A model generated the notes under the pieces. The model searched no databases. It saw nothing but the letters and a program-made list of their open reading frames with translations, and was not told the origin of the DNA. DNA of 63,995 bases, counting the filler, from Piptocephalis cylindrospora (taxonomy: Eukaryota), in NCBI GenBank assembly GCA_003614145.1. It is 5 parts of 5 records of this genome, joined end to end, with 100 filler letters (N's around TTAATTAATTAA, not from the genome) between each part and the next. Parts side by side here need not be neighbours in the genome. Positions count along the whole stretch, not along the records: positions 1 to 13,782 come from KZ987936.1; positions 13,883 to 27,624 come from KZ987938.1; 3 more parts are not named here. The stretch is one strand, 5' to 3'. Below, one piece after another: positions 9,501-23,454 of this stretch. Position 1 is the first letter of the stretch; each line of letters begins with the position of its first letter. A program made the position numbers and the translations under genes.

Positions 9501-12500
9501 CTACCGTCCAGTCCGATGTCGGGTGAATCGGTTGGTGGATATGGCGCGGGAAAGGACACCAGAACCACCATTTCCAGTGGAAGAGGGGCTAGAGGGAACC
9601 TCCTGGACCATACGGGCTGCAGGAAGGACCGGGGCGGATTCTTTAAGACATACCATCTGGAAGATATGCTGGTATTCGGAGAGAGCGGGATTTGATCCGG
9701 GCACCACCTGGGTGGCCACACCATGGATGGCATCGGTATGGGTGGAGAGAGAGCGTAGTGAACCCATGGGAATAATTTGTTCCAGAGCGCCCGTCTCCAC
9801 GTGACGGACTTCGATAAAGGATGGGTCAAATGCTAGGACATACGGGTACCGGATGGCTATGGAATGTGGAAGAGGAATGTGAGTGGAGAGGGGAGAAGGA
9901 GGAAAAAGGAGAAAGGGGGAAGGATAGACTTACCAAAGGAATCCGGGTGTCCCTCCCAATAGACCAACCAATGCGTCCTCGCCCTTCTACCCAGTCGGTT
10001 AACATAAAACGCGAATTCTAAGGAGTTGAGAGAGAGAGAGAGAAGGAGAGGTGAGATACGCTGCCCGCGTCCAAATCCCCCCTTCTACCCCAAGCAAGGA
10101 CACACTTACCATCATAGCAAAGGAGGAAGTCGCCATTCATCAACCGATACATGGAGACAGGTCGGACATTCTCGCGCTTCAACACAAAGTTCAGCGATTC
10201 ATCAGCAGGGTCCAGGAGACCCTGAGTGTTGAGCGACTCCAATTCAACCATCTCAAAGCCTTTAGTGCATCCGACACACAACATCCGGGAAAGGAAGTGG
10301 ATCGAGTTGCACTCAGCAGGGATGTAAAAGTCCTCAAAGGCCTTGACCAGGGCCTCGGACTTACCGGAACCTCCGAGGAGTGATCCAAACATTTTCTTCC
10401 TACCACCGGTACTCCCAGACACTGGTTCAAGCGTACGGATAACAGTAGAGTTGAACCCCGACGACTTGACCACACATACCAGAGTTCTTCCAAGACAGAC
10501 CCCCATCTTGAAGAAGGAAACGTGCGAAGCCACCTTCCGGCCCTTATCCACAGCCGATTCTTCAGAGTGATAATGACCACCTCCTCCATGATAGGAGGAT
10601 AGGGAGGACCGGGATTCAGAGGCGCTCCCACCCGACTCGAGTACTTCCAATGGATAGGCCATCAGAAGTCTGTGTCTCTCCATATGCACCAAGAGAAGAG
10701 AGTAAGCCTCAAGGACCTCGACACGTACTACCCGATCCACCGGGAGAACTCGACGAATCCGATGAAGTCGACCTTCAGACACCTCCCCCACATACACTCC
10801 ATCATCCACCCCCAGGACCATACGACGACCTCCATCAATCATGGAGGAGCACTGAACGCGATTCCCGAGCCTAAAGGCATCCAAGCTAAGGGACCGAGCA
10901 GCAAAGACCTGTCTAGCCTGAGTAATTTTGGCCCTCTGGGCCTCCAAGGCCTCCCGCCATTGCCGACGATCTGAGGCAGTGGGGGCGTAAAGGATATGGA
11001 CGGTGCCAGAACGGCCTAGGTGGGTGAGGACCAGAGGGTATCCAAGCTTGTCCGAACCCCCACCTCCCAATCCTACACCTCCGGCCACCCTAGGTGAAGG
11101 TAGTGGTGAAGGCCCATGGTTCTGGGATGGAGTGCCGAGAGGGGATGAGGTGGAGGTAGAGGAGGTGGAAGGGGGACCATTTGATCCATCCGAGGAGGTA
11201 CGTGAAGAGAGAGGACCATGTCGACCTGAAAAGATGGACGAGGCCCTACGGGTGGCTGTCCGCCTTACTCCACTGCCAATCCCAGTGGAAGAGGAGGAGC
11301 CCTGGCCTGTAGGATCATTGGGATCGGTAGAGGAACCACCCCCAACAACCAGGGGATTAACCCCGCCAATCCCTCCGGCCCCGGCAATTCCAGCAGCATC
11401 AAACCCCTCCTCAGGGATCTCCAAGGATAACATCTCCAGCGGGATGGGCCTCTTGTGAATCTTGTACTCAGTACGAGTCCTGACCCGAACTTGAGGCTCG
11501 GCATGAGAGGCACCAGTGGTATCAAGGAAACCCCCTCCAGCGCCATCTTCGGAGAGATGATGCTGATGATGATTATGTACAGAAGGGGTGGTGGCAGTGG
11601 GGGTGGGGACGGTAGGGTCGGAACCATCTCCAGTGGAAGGATGCCCAAGACCATCCTCCCCAGCCTCATGATGGGAGGTGAGGTCATCCCCGGGATTGGT
11701 GCCCCCACCTCCGACGAGGACCTTACGCTTGACCGTTTTCTTCTTGGTAATGAGAAGCATGTGATCGAGGAGGAAGACAATGTACGGGACACTATCAGTG
11801 CCTGACCTCTTCTTCAAAACACCCTCCTTGATGAGGTCACGTTCAGAGGAAAGAAGATCTAGCTCCCTGACCATACTCTCCCCACCACCAGCACCACCGG
11901 TAGCTCCAGGACCAATCCTACCATTGTCCATTCCAGAGGGATGAGTCAAAGTAAGGGTACTGGTGATAGAGGAAGATGGCCCATGACCCATGGGATGAGG
12001 GCTGGACGCAGGGGCAGTGGAGGGAGAAGGAGAAGGAGAGGGATACGTGGGGGAAGTCGAGGCAATGGAGGGTTGATAGGCAGTAGAGGGGTGAGCCTGA
12101 CCCTCCGCTCCCTCCCCACCAAACCCGTACACCTGACCCAGGGGATAGGAGGGGACAGGGGGCGTGGAGGAGGGGAGGGTGGGGCCGAGGGGGCCGATGG
12201 GGCCTGCAGGCCCCACTAGACCATCGGAAAGTTCCATCAACCGGATCCGAGAGTGTGCCTTACCCGTAGCAGCATTCATCCTGGCTAACAAGGCCTTGAG
12301 GGTGACACTAGCCTCCTCCAAATCTTGCTTATCCTCGTCATTGCCCTGGGTACATTTAACTATCTCCCGAACAAGCAAGGGCCATCGGGCCAGACGAGTT
12401 GTTGGGCGACCTAGGAAGGATTGAATGGGAAGTTTCCTAGATTCGGGGAGTCGTTCTCTGGACTCAAAGAACTTGGCCAAGGGCCTATTCCTGGCCAGTT

Positions 12501-13782
12501 CCTGATCCAGCCTGTGCTTGGCATAAGGCTGTCGACCGCCGTACTGGACAAAGGGTTCAAAGTCGGCCTGGGCATGGGAAAGAAGAATGTCTCCAATACC
12601 CCGGACGACTGAGGCTTCCTCCTGACGACGTTGTAAGGCTGAGGAGAGACGGGACGAGGAGCGGATGACCTCGGAGATATTACCAAAGACCTCATGAATA
12701 AATGCATCTCTCCGGGCGGAATCAGCAAATAGGGGGGTGGTACCCAGGCCAGGGAGGGAGGGAGGACCAAGGCCAGGGGAAGAGGAGCCGAGACCGACGA
12801 TCCCGGTCAACTCACCCTTAACGGCGCCGGGAGCCCTAAGGGGGGCAATGTAGAGCTTTTCGAGGATGGTAAGATCCCGACAAAAGTCCTTCTCGGTGTA
12901 GATGGTCTCGAAGAGGACTTCTTGTCGCTTCTTCTCCTCATTCGGAGTAGCTTCAACAATGTGTTTGGGGACAGAGGTAGACCAAAGGGGCTGTTGTTGA
13001 TCCTGATCCTCCAGGGCTACAGCGGCAGCTGTAGCAGTAGCCATGGTGGCGGAACCAACGGCCATGGATCCGGGGACGGTGAGAACATTGGGGGTTGAGG
13101 GACTGGAAGGGCTTGGACGGGAGGAGGCGGGGATATCACCCTGACCCTTGCTCATGGAGGATGGGGCATTGGGGGTGGCAGTGGTGGCGGAAGGGGTGGT
13201 GGGGGAGGAAGAAGAAGAAGGTGGAAGGCCGGTAGTTTTGGAAATAACGGAGCCCTGGGTGGGGGAGGGACCATAGAGCATGGAGTGTCTGGAGGCAGCG
13301 GCAGCAAGGGCCAACCTAGCCTGTTGCTCCAATCGACGAGGACAGGCAATAGAGTAACACAGATGATGACGGGTGCAAGTGGGGGAGTAACAATCGGCCA
13401 GGAGGGTAAAGACACCCTGAGGCAGGGGGATACCACGGTGGGAATGGGCGCCTGAATCCACACCCAAAAGGGAGGGTTCCCCCATTCCATCTTCTCCCTC
13501 CAATTCTACCTCCTCCTCTTCCTCTTCTTCCTCCTCCTCCTCCTCTTCATCTTCCTCTTCCTCTTCCTCCTCCTCCTCTTCCACAACGCCATCCTGTATC
13601 CCCTCCAGCTCCGAGTCAGTAGTGGGAACGGCGATGGTGGTAGCGGTATTAGCGGTAGCGGTTGTGGTGGCAGAGGAGGTGGAAGCCCGTCGACCCATTC
13701 GTTCAGACCGAGGGCCGGTACCCCGCCTGGGCCGAGTACGTCCCTTTCCCTTGGACAAAGCCCTATCACGTAACTTTTGCTT
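9501..13782 (-). CDS. ROM2: Rho1 guanine nucleotide exchange factor (DH-PH-CNH), 5'-truncated at contig end
   Basis: GVFTLLADCYSPTCTRHHLCYSIACPRRLEQQ, DH domain (KRQEVLFETIYTEKDF...RPTTRLARWPLL) and CNH domain (FYIPAECNSIHFL...CVGCTKGFEMV, PYVLAFDPSFIEVRH); introns ~10020-10108 and ~9862-9932. Confidence 0.95.
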
Positions 13783-13882
13783 NNNNNNNNNNNNNNNNNN
13801 NNNNNNNNNNNNNNNNNNNNNNNNNNTTAATTAATTAANNNNNNNNNNNNNNNNNNNNNNNNNNNNNNNNNNNNNNNNNNNN
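13783..13882. other. Artificial contig linker (N run containing TTAATTAATTAA)
   Basis: Equivalent 100-nt spacers with stops in all six frames also occur at 27625-27724, 41326-41425 and 55021-55120. Confidence 0.98.
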
Positions 13883-14682
13883 GAAAAGATGGATGTGGAT
13901 GGAAGACAGAGGAGGAGGCGAAAAGGAGGAGATGGAGTGACGGATGTGGCGGGGGAAGAGAGCAGATGGGGCGTTATGGAGCAGGAGGGGGGGAAGAGCT
14001 CGAAGCGAGGGAGAGATGAGGAGGAGGAAAGGGCGAGATGTGACGAGGAGGGAAGGAGTCTGACGAGGGATGAAGGGAAAAAGGAAGAGGGAGGCGGACC
14101 TCACAGGAGTGGGTGGTGGACTTTATCTGAGAGTTCCCTAGGCTGGGAAGGGCTGGGGAAGGCGAGTGGCGACGGAGGTCATTGTCATGGCAGGCTCCCT
14201 TCCTTCCATCTATTCCAACTCCGCTCATCTGTACATCTCCGCCATCCCTTTTCGTCATGTCCAAGCTTAGGAAAAGAAAGGCAGAAGGCTTTACGAGAGC
14301 GGAGTTAAAGATGACTAGCCAACTTATCAACTCCGACCAGTAACTCCGAGTTCTTGGAATCTAGGAAATTGGAGCTCCGTAGAAAGGAGCAGAGATAGAC
14401 GAGGAATGGGTGCTAATGGGACTTTTCCTTAGCCACGAATAATATAAATATCAAGCTTTATGGTGAAATGTGTCGAAATATGCAAGTTTAAATTGAATGA
14501 GATCATCTCAGGAAAGCGCTAGCTAACAAATTACGCACACCTGATTAGCTTGTGATCATTACAAAAGCAGTCAGCACAGTACACACACCAATGATAAGGG
14601 CATAATCCGATAGAGCATGTGAAAGTGGATTGATCTACGGAAGAGCGAGTACATGAACGAGAGGGAGTCCAGGGAAGGGACC

Positions 14683-16693
14683 TCAAAGGAGAGTGGATGC
14701 ATTAGTAGGAGCGGGGTGGGTGGGGGAGGATGTTGGCTCCTCTTCCATCCCCTGACCCTTTTCTGTCTCCACTATGCCATCCTCAGGACTCGTCCCAAGG
14801 TTGCAAAGTGGTTGCACCTTGGCCCCCTCCCATTGCTCAGGCATCCTCCCGTCAAACTCTGGCCCAAAATTCGCTTTTGCCCGTGCACCATTGTAGCAGG
14901 AAATAGCCGCATAGTAGTTGCCTACGAAGAGATCAATAAAGAAATGAGAAAAAAGTGTGCTCTTCAACAAAGAGTTATTTTTCCCATGGATCTGACCCTT
15001 ACCGAGAAAGATATCAGAATAGGCCATGCCAAGGAGCTGCCCGTTGACAAAGTAGACAATCTGGCTTCCACGCATCCTCGTCATCGGTTCCTCCGTCTCC
15101 ACCCGTTCCTTGCTCCAGCCAACCTGTTCAGAGAGGAGGGAGGACTTGGGACAAGCATACTGAAATGGGAGGTACCGAGTACCATAAGCCCACTTTCGAT
15201 CCAGAAGATCCTCCTCCTCCTCGGCCGTCAGGGGAGGGAGGAGGAATAGTAGGCCGAGCACATCATTCGGACCTATAGAACCATCCCCATGCGAGGAAAA
15301 TATCAATCAGCAGGAAAATCTCACTGGTTAGGGAGGTCCCTGACGCCCCCATCCCCACGCGCTTACCAAGGCCATCTGACAGAGGCGTTCCAATGGACCG
15401 GTGAAAGGTCGTACCCGTTGTCCACCGTAGAGAGTATCCGTATACATCCACCCCACACGGGCCTTGAAGGTTCGCTGAAATCTGCGTCCATCCAACCCGG
15501 GCATTCCCGTCGCCGGCCGGACCAAATGACTCCATTTTTACCTCATAATACCAAGCTCCAGGGGCCTGGAGCTCATGGGTACACTTGGAAATCCTGTATC
15601 CCTGACATTGAAATGGCAATTAGAGGAGATGATAAAAGGGGCAATAAATTCAATCCATGGCCTCTTGTCCACTTACCCGGTCATTCCACACGGTCAAACC
15701 AACCTCGTCCATGTGTACCTGAGGCGCTGTGTGAGTACGAGCACGGCCCCATCTCATAGGCCCTGGGGTAGGGTCAATATCCGGGAACATGAGGATGGAA
15801 GGAGCTCCCTTTTTTGGAACAAGACGTTTTCGCCGCTCCTTGATCTCGGATGGGGATCTGGCACGTTTTCCCACTCGGCCAAATGACTGTCCCTCCTTTT
15901 CAGGGATGGGACCTTCCTTTTTGACGAATGTGATTTCTTCTCTAGTCGATAAATTATCCTTTACCACTTCAGGTACCATCTCTTCCTTTTTCACCGGTAT
16001 GACCTCGCTCGTTTTCATAATTACGGGTTCATCCCTCATGGTAGAAACCGTCCCGTCCTCTTTTTTCTCGGTCTTGATAGCCGCTGTAGAGGGGTTCATG
16101 GGACGTGGAGATAAAGGTGGAACCAAGGGAGTGGTATCTTGTACTGGAGAAGGAGCTTGAGGATGTGGTGATGGAAGCAGGGAGGATTGGCCTTGCACCG
16201 GAGAAAGCTTTACCTCGGCTACAGCTTCAACTTCCAAGCTTGGATTATCCACCTCACGCATCGGGCTGTTCAAATCATCTCCACTAATCTCATCCGTCTG
16301 TTTAGATCTATGAGAATTAGACTGTGTTTGAGGCATCGTTGGAATGACAAGTGGTTGATGAGGGGATGGCTGATAGATGTCTTGAGGTAAAGAGTCGAGC
16401 CTTTGGTTCAGTACGTCAGCTCCTGGTGCCACCATCTCAGGGTCATCTATCTCTTCAGACCCTGCAGGGTGGGACCACAATTTAGAGGGTGAATCTGGCT
16501 CCTCCTGGCCCATCCTTCCCTCAGACGAAGTCTGATCCCCCAGGGCCTTCTCCCCATCCCGTCGGTGCTGGGCAGCTAAAGCTTCCACCTCCTCGTATGT
16601 GTACCGCCGTCCCCGTCCCTCCGATTCCGCATCTGTCGACGAAGGAGTTGACACCGTATCCGCATCATTGGAGAGTAACGAGGAAATATCCAT
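14683..16693 (-). CDS. ASH2: COMPASS subunit Ash2/Bre2 (SPRY domain)
   Basis: GYRISKCTH...GAWYYEVKM...GNARVGW...NLQGPCGVDVYGYSLR...FHRSIG, NDVLGLLFLLP, GSQIVYFVNG and NYYAAISCYNGARAKANFGP; several introns. Confidence 0.9.
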
Positions 16694-17463
16694 GGTGAAG
16701 GCGCGAGGCTGAGGTGAGGTAGGAGAAGATAGGGAGGAAATGTCAACAAAGCTCCCACCCTCCTGCCACTCAGTTCATAAGATGGTGGCCAGTCAGGCCC
16801 ACATAGACGGTCCTCAGGAAAGGGGATTATGCTCATTAGCAAGAGTAATTACTGGTGGTGGTAAACAGCAAAATGTGCAGGAGTAATTACTATGCTCCGA
16901 ATTGCTTGGAAAAGCGGCCAAATTTTGACAACAGCAGGTGATATTTTCATCCTCAAGCCTATTAATCGACCTGGAGGGGCACAATCTTGGGGATTGACCC
17001 TAGTCCCCACGGAGGGACACTTTGGTCTGGTCAAAGTTTGGAGCCACGCACATCAACAACACACCAACGTGAAGCGAGCTTCCGTCATGATCCTTGTCGA
17101 TGGGTCCGCCCACCTGGCCAAAGATACGTCCCCTTGATTGATGCAACTCTTATCGCCTTTTTTTTCTCTTCCCTTCTCCCCCTCATCTTCTTCATCTCTT
17201 CCTGCTTTTATCCCTATCTGGACCTGTCCCAGTGCATCAGGCTTCCTTGATCCAGCGCTGTACTCTCGTATAGCCGTCAAGCTTTCCTCTCCGACCACTT
17301 TTCCTCAAAACTCACTCTCCGCTAACAGTCGCGGTCTCCAACTCTTACCCAGCCTATCTCCCGACGGGTCCTTGGAGTGCTCCTTGGAGCTTCTATGCAA
17401 CCATCTCTCCCCCACCCGTCCTCGCTGGCCCTTCCCCGCTACTAGCGTCCTTGACCTTACCGC

Positions 17464-20216
17464 ATGGCGATACACAAAAATTTTGCCGCTTTTTCCGGTC
17501 AGTCCCTTCGATGGATCCGCCAACACTTGACCATCTCCCGAGGTCTTGCACCCGGCTTCTTGTGGTATGAACAAGGCGCAACTACGTCCGCGCCCCTCCT
17601 GGAGGAATCCACCGCCTCTCTCCTCCTCCATGGTGGGGCTATGGGGGAAGGCGGAAAGGTCAGTGGTGGTATAACCAAGCACCTCTCCCGGCTCGCCTAT
17701 GGAGCTCCAGGCCATCGGATCCCCAAACTCAAGGGACCTGCCCGGTATCAAACGCCCAGAGAAAGGAAGAGCAAGGATGTCTATCCACCCTCTTCCATGG
17801 TTCATCCCCTGCAATCACCCAGCCCGTGGAGGGCGATGGACTCCCTCTCCATTGGTATATCTAGCCTCTCATTTTCTACTCCACGTCAAGGGCCCTTCCC
17901 TTCAGTATTACCTCATCTATACTTTTACTCCTACCCGCGTGGAGGGCAGAATGAGGGTCTATGCCAAGGGCTCATGGGTCACAGATTGTTCTCCACATTA
18001 TCCCCTCATTCTGCACCATCGAAATCTATAAATGAAGGAAATCCAATGAAGCAAGATAAGGATACTGTAAAGGACAATCTAGACTCTAGACCCCCCTCAT
18101 CTCCCGAGCCACCCCGTTCCGCCGCACGATCCCACAAGTACCAATTACTTCAAGAGGCTCAGAATGGCTTTGAACGCCTTCGTATTCATATCAAGTACGC
18201 CCTTATGCGTCCTATCCGTCCATGGACCGTGGATGACGTCCTCGCTCTCTTTTCTTGGGCCTTTGGCGGAACCACCCTCTTTATCCTTATCGGTACCACT
18301 ACATTCACCAGTTTGATCTTGGCTCTGGCCAACAGTCTTCAATTCCAGGGTAGGATCATTGCTCTGTAGGGCGGCTATGTCCCCCATTTCATCTTTTTAT
18401 TGTTTTTTATTGTTCTAACCTTGGATGTTCCCCCTTACAGAGTTTATTGCTTCCCGCCTAGGCCGCTATCTGTACCAGCAGACTGGTGTGACTTTCCACT
18501 TTGAATCGGCGATCGTGCCAGCATGGCGTGAGGGAAGAATTCGTCTTAGTCGTGTCACTGCCACTCGAGGCCCCATCCCCATCATCCAGGAACTCCCTAA
18601 GGACCTTTCATCCTCTTCCTCCACTACCCACACTCCCCAAACCGCTTCGCAACATCATGGAACTGTAGATGATGGAGCAGGACATCGAATGCCCGTGGAG
18701 GAACATCTTCCCCCGGATCATTTTATCGAGTATGACCAAAACCTCACCCAGGTTAACCTTTTCATAGAACAGTGCGATGTTACCCTCGATCTACTTCGCT
18801 GGCTCGATGGTAAGTAAGAGCGAAGTTGGAATCCTATTCAAGAATGACCTCATCTCACACTTACCCCATGTTCCGACGGGGAGATAATAATAGGAAAGGG
18901 CTTAGTCAGAGATTGTAGCATGTCCGGGGTGCGTGGGGAAATGGATAGAAGCCATGTGTGGTGGGACCCAAATGTCCCTTGGGATCCCGAGTCTTCTAGG
19001 GCCTACCATCGACCAGGTACCTTTGACTTGGAGCACTTTAACCTCTCAGACATGCGTATCACCATCCGGCAGCCCGACAACTTTCGTCCTTATACCGTCT
19101 CGGTCTACTCTATGGACCTTCCTAGACTAAGGCAACAATGGCTCCTATATGACATGCTCTCTGCTGGATCCATTGTTGGCATGTTTGACGGATGTCTCTT
19201 TAGTGTCCACCCTAGTCAATCCGAGGATGTCCAACGGGTAGGCAATGTCACCTTTAAACAATGGGGACGCATTGTAAGTACCATGCAGCAAATCAGATGA
19301 CGTTGATACCGCACCTAATTGGATTTTATATTACTCACTTCTTTCCCTGGTTAAACAGTCTCATGTAAAAATGGACGGGCTTCCCATTGATCACCTCAAT
19401 GCTGGGGTAGAAGGTCCCTTTGGTTGGATCACCTCGGCCAAGGTAGATCTATCTGCCCACATTATGATCCCGCGCGAGCCCGGAGATGAGAGCTTGGCTA
19501 AACTACTCCAGGAAATCGTCGGGCTCATGGATGAAGTCTCCCAGAGGTATCGAGCTCTCGGTGATGTAGAGGCGGCTGAGGCCACGGACCGGGTCAAACA
19601 GGATGTTTCCGAGGGAAAAAGGAATCCATTAGCAGCTCTCCTCTCTACCGCTGCTTCCATCGCCTCCCCGCCCTTCACCAGCTCCCAGAACCCTGAGATG
19701 CTCGGGAGAGATCGGTCCTCCGAGAGCGGCGCTCATCCTGGTCACAGTAGCGGTAACAGCAGCAAGTTTTATGAATATGACCGCTTTGTCATGGACATGG
19801 ATGTCCGGCTACGCGATGTCAAGGCTCGTGTCCCCATTCAGACGCCTGAACTTTCCTACATGAATTCAGCCTTGATCCGACCCCTGGTGGCCTACATGAA
19901 TCACAATCGCACTAGTATTCCTTTCCGCTTTCGCATTGACATGCCCCTGGCCTCTTTCGATGGGGCTTGGACCGTATACGATGCTCAGATCGTTGATGCC
20001 CTTTCTGAGGGCGTAGGAAGATCCTTTGCCCGCCTCGTCGAGGAGGAAAGGTCCCAACACCTAAGGTTCCGCCGTGTCTCCCTCTGGGGTCTCCGGAGCC
20101 TCATCCGGAAGATCCTTCTCGCCCTTGACTATGCCAATGGTGCGGGGGCAGCTGTGGCCCAACGGAGTTTCTTTCACTGGATAGGCGCAGTTCCTCAGCA
20201 AACTGTCGGTGCCTGA
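17464..20216 (+). CDS. MDM31: Mitochondrial distribution and morphology protein Mdm31/32; start uncertain
   Basis: RLRIHIKYALMRPIRPWTVDDVLALFSW, FESAIVPAW, LPRLRQQWLLYDML, MDGLPIDHLNAGVEGPFGWI and ALIRPLVAYMN; multi-exon. Confidence 0.93.
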
Positions 20217-20937
20217 GATGTCCACCTTGGAATAGTGGTGGATGTGAGATGTCAAAGTCAACCTCTCATTGTAGATATACATAATGGATACAGTTTGAAA
20301 GATCAGCTATGCATTACTCGTCCCTGACTATTATCCCTATTTTTTATCAATGGTTTGGAAAATGAAAAGCGCAAATCGAACATCTTTGCGATTTTCCAAA
20401 TCAACGATTATTATCCAATATCAGGTACACAGTAGCATAATTTAAAAGTTATAGGCTTATGCACGAACGATCCGTCAAATACAATTACATCCAAGCTTTG
20501 GAATTGATCCCCATCAGACCATAGTATTGGTATCAAATAACTATACCACTGTATTAAGAGCATTAGAGGCTGATAATGCATTTTATGATATGCGTATTCT
20601 TCTACGCCGCAGAGTTAACTAGCATATATTTTCAGCGACATGCTCTTCAATAGGCCCAACATTGCTTTGTCGGATCCTCAGCTATCTATAAAGAATTCTT
20701 TCATTTATGCTGGAATTAAATAGCCACGATTAGTCCTATTAGATGTTATTAAATATTAGTACCTTGATAAAAGTAGCATCATTCAAGAACAACTATGCGC
20801 GTGAGTGTAGTTCCCTCACTCGTTGATGGTAGATGGTAGACATGTGATCTATGAAAATTCCTGAAGAGGTCCTCATCTTTCACCCCTGCCTAATATATCC
20901 TCACCACATGAGAATGATGTCTATCCGGAAAAAAATG

Positions 20938-23454
20938 TCATTCGTCATGCTTTGTTTCGGTATCGCTCTCCTCTACGGTTGGTTGAATCGCCTGGCTCAG
21001 AAGGATATGATGCTCGGAGGAGGAATCTACTCGAAGAAGTTCACGAAGGGCCATTGTGGCATACTGACTGGTGCCTAAAGTCAAGCTGAGGATCAAGGCC
21101 ATGTGTTGACCATCTACCATTGAATTCAATTGCATCATTAGTATTTGAGGAACTGCTTACTATCAAAATGGGACCACTTTGCCCAAAAAGAGAACATACT
21201 CTTGTTTTCCTCTGGTTCCGGGATTCCATCAAGGATATCGGCATCAGAAAGAATCAATGGCGCCTTATCGTCCTCATACTGCATGGTCTTCCTAATATTG
21301 ACAAATACAAGTTACACATGGATGGTTGAGCCAAAAAATTCTTAGTAAGGATAATATGCATGGACCTCACATGCACGCCCCAGTCCCTAAGCACTTACCA
21401 AGAAAGATTGGCTGGACGGCAGAGGATGTGACGGTAGGCCCCGGAAAGAGAGTATTCCCGAATGGAGCGACGCATCCGCTCGGGATCCAGGCCGTCCTTA
21501 AGCATATATTCTCGATACTTTTCTCCAATAAAATGGGTGGGATAGAGGACATCAAATCCCGGAAGGGGTAAGAGCACATCGGCAATATTGTACTTGGACA
21601 GGTCGTCCTTTTCGGTGAGAATGTGAACATTCTTGATCTGCAGAAAGAAAGAAGAGGTAATCAGCGAGTGCGTCATAAAATGAAGCCCTTGGTCTCCTCG
21701 GCTTACCCGAGAATCCAAGAGGGGTCCATCGGCGCCAGCGGCCATAGGGACAAGATCCCCCACCATAGGCTTGAAGTGATCAGGAGAAGCGAGTCTTAGA
21801 GAGCACATGGAGTTCCAAATGTAAGATTGATAGGCATGTAGGTACATGGACCGTAGATTCCGAGGAATGGTGCGGATAGCACCGCAATAGTCATGGGAAT
21901 GTCTATCTTCTGAAAAGGCGCGTAGGATGGAGCGCTCAGCGGTGTGGCGACGGGGGAAGGACGCCAGGGCCTCCTGCGCATCCCTGGTCTGAAACCATCG
22001 ACGACGAGCCGAGGCAATGTCCTCGGTCTCACCATCCCGGGGTAGCATCAAAAGATGATAAACCCCTTCCCAGTCATTCTGCAAGATGGCCCTACCAATG
22101 TGATGGGTGGGGACTGGGCCAGTACCGAACCTCTGCATGCCTATTATAGAGCACAAGACATGGGGAAAGAAAAATTAGAAGGCATCTCTGACGTATATCT
22201 TTTTCGATACGTACCAAAGTAATTGATGAACCCATCATCACGAAGAGATTTCAAGGACTGATCTAGTGACCAGGTGGAATCCGGATGAACACGTACATGA
22301 CGCAGAACCAGGGTAAAGTGGTTGCCCTGCAGGTCGCCCAGACGAAGAGGATGTCGTGAGGAGGAAAAGTTTCCGAGACGAAGGCCATTAAGTTCAGTGT
22401 TCGCAGAAGCCAGCTTAGAGGGGTGAATACGCTGAAAAACTATAGCTTGAGAGGTGCAGGCTCGACGATCCTTGGTGCCGGCTAGAGAAACGGCACGAGG
22501 AGGGATACGTAAGGTACGAGCCAAGAGGCTAACGGCATCCATGCTATCGCGATCAAATTTGTAGAGGATGGCTTTAGTAAAGGCAGGCCCCTTGGAAGCC
22601 CTAGATCTGCGCTGGTCATCTCTGATATCCTGGGCTCGGCCTCTTCGTACGACGACACACCCGTCAACGGTGGAGGTAATGAGCTTACGATGGGACCAGG
22701 TTTTAATGCGCTGATGCTGCCTAGTCCTCTTTACCTTATCACCTTCCATCTATGAATAATACAGAGGATGAGTGGAAAGTGAGAGGCTTAAGCAGAGGAG
22801 TAGATATTACGGGGAGGGTAATGGGGGGCATGACCCCAGAGGAATCACTCAAAAGGCTCTTTAATTTATCGACGTATTCCTGGCCGCCAACAGCGTCAAC
22901 CAGTTCAGCCTCGAATTCCTACGATATTTTAGCGTAAGGTGAGATCATATGGCCTCGACACACTCTCTTTATACCCTCGGGAAAGACATAAGTAATCGTA
23001 CCTCGTCCTCTGCCTTAACACATAAATCTTCTTCAATTGACTCTGTCCCCGGAGCCTTTTCCTCCTCCATGATAGCCGTAGAAGGTATCTTCTCAACTGG
23101 GCTGTCTTTTTTAAATTCATCCGGAATATCCAAAGATGTGAGGCGGAGAATGGCGCCTTGAGGATCGACCTCATGCACATGGAAATCTTCAATGCGATGC
23201 TTGATGATAGCATGGATGGGATGGGACGCGGGAGAGACATAGGTGGTGATTCCCACAGTATTCTCCTGTGCCCGTAGATTCGGTAGGGTCTTAACTTCCT
23301 CTGGGATCAATGTACGTGGCTCAGGCACATTTGCTAGATCATGATCCATCTTGGGCCGTTTTGCACTTTGATCCTCCACTTGGACTGTGCTGCTGTCCAT
23401 CGTAGTAGTGGAAGACTCCAAGGCCATTTTTTCTTCCGTCGTAGGCTGAGACAT
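20938..23454 (-). CDS. PUS7: Pseudouridine synthase Pus7 (TruD family), multi-exon
   Basis: IIKHRIEDFHVHEVD, AGTKDRRACTSQ (catalytic), LRLGDLQGNHFTLVLR, GFINYFG..QRFG, MYLHAYQSYIWN, SLSGAYRHIL and LGTSQYATMALREL. Confidence 0.95.

Noticed and set aside
13783..13882. TTAATTAATTAA palindrome embedded in N runs (four occurrences)
   Set aside because: Artificial six-frame-stop contig linker; not biological. Adjacency across the linkers is meaningless.
20851..21345. Short plus-strand ORFs that looked like another LINE relic
   Set aside because: The minus strand encodes the final PUS7 exons (LGTSQYATMALREL).
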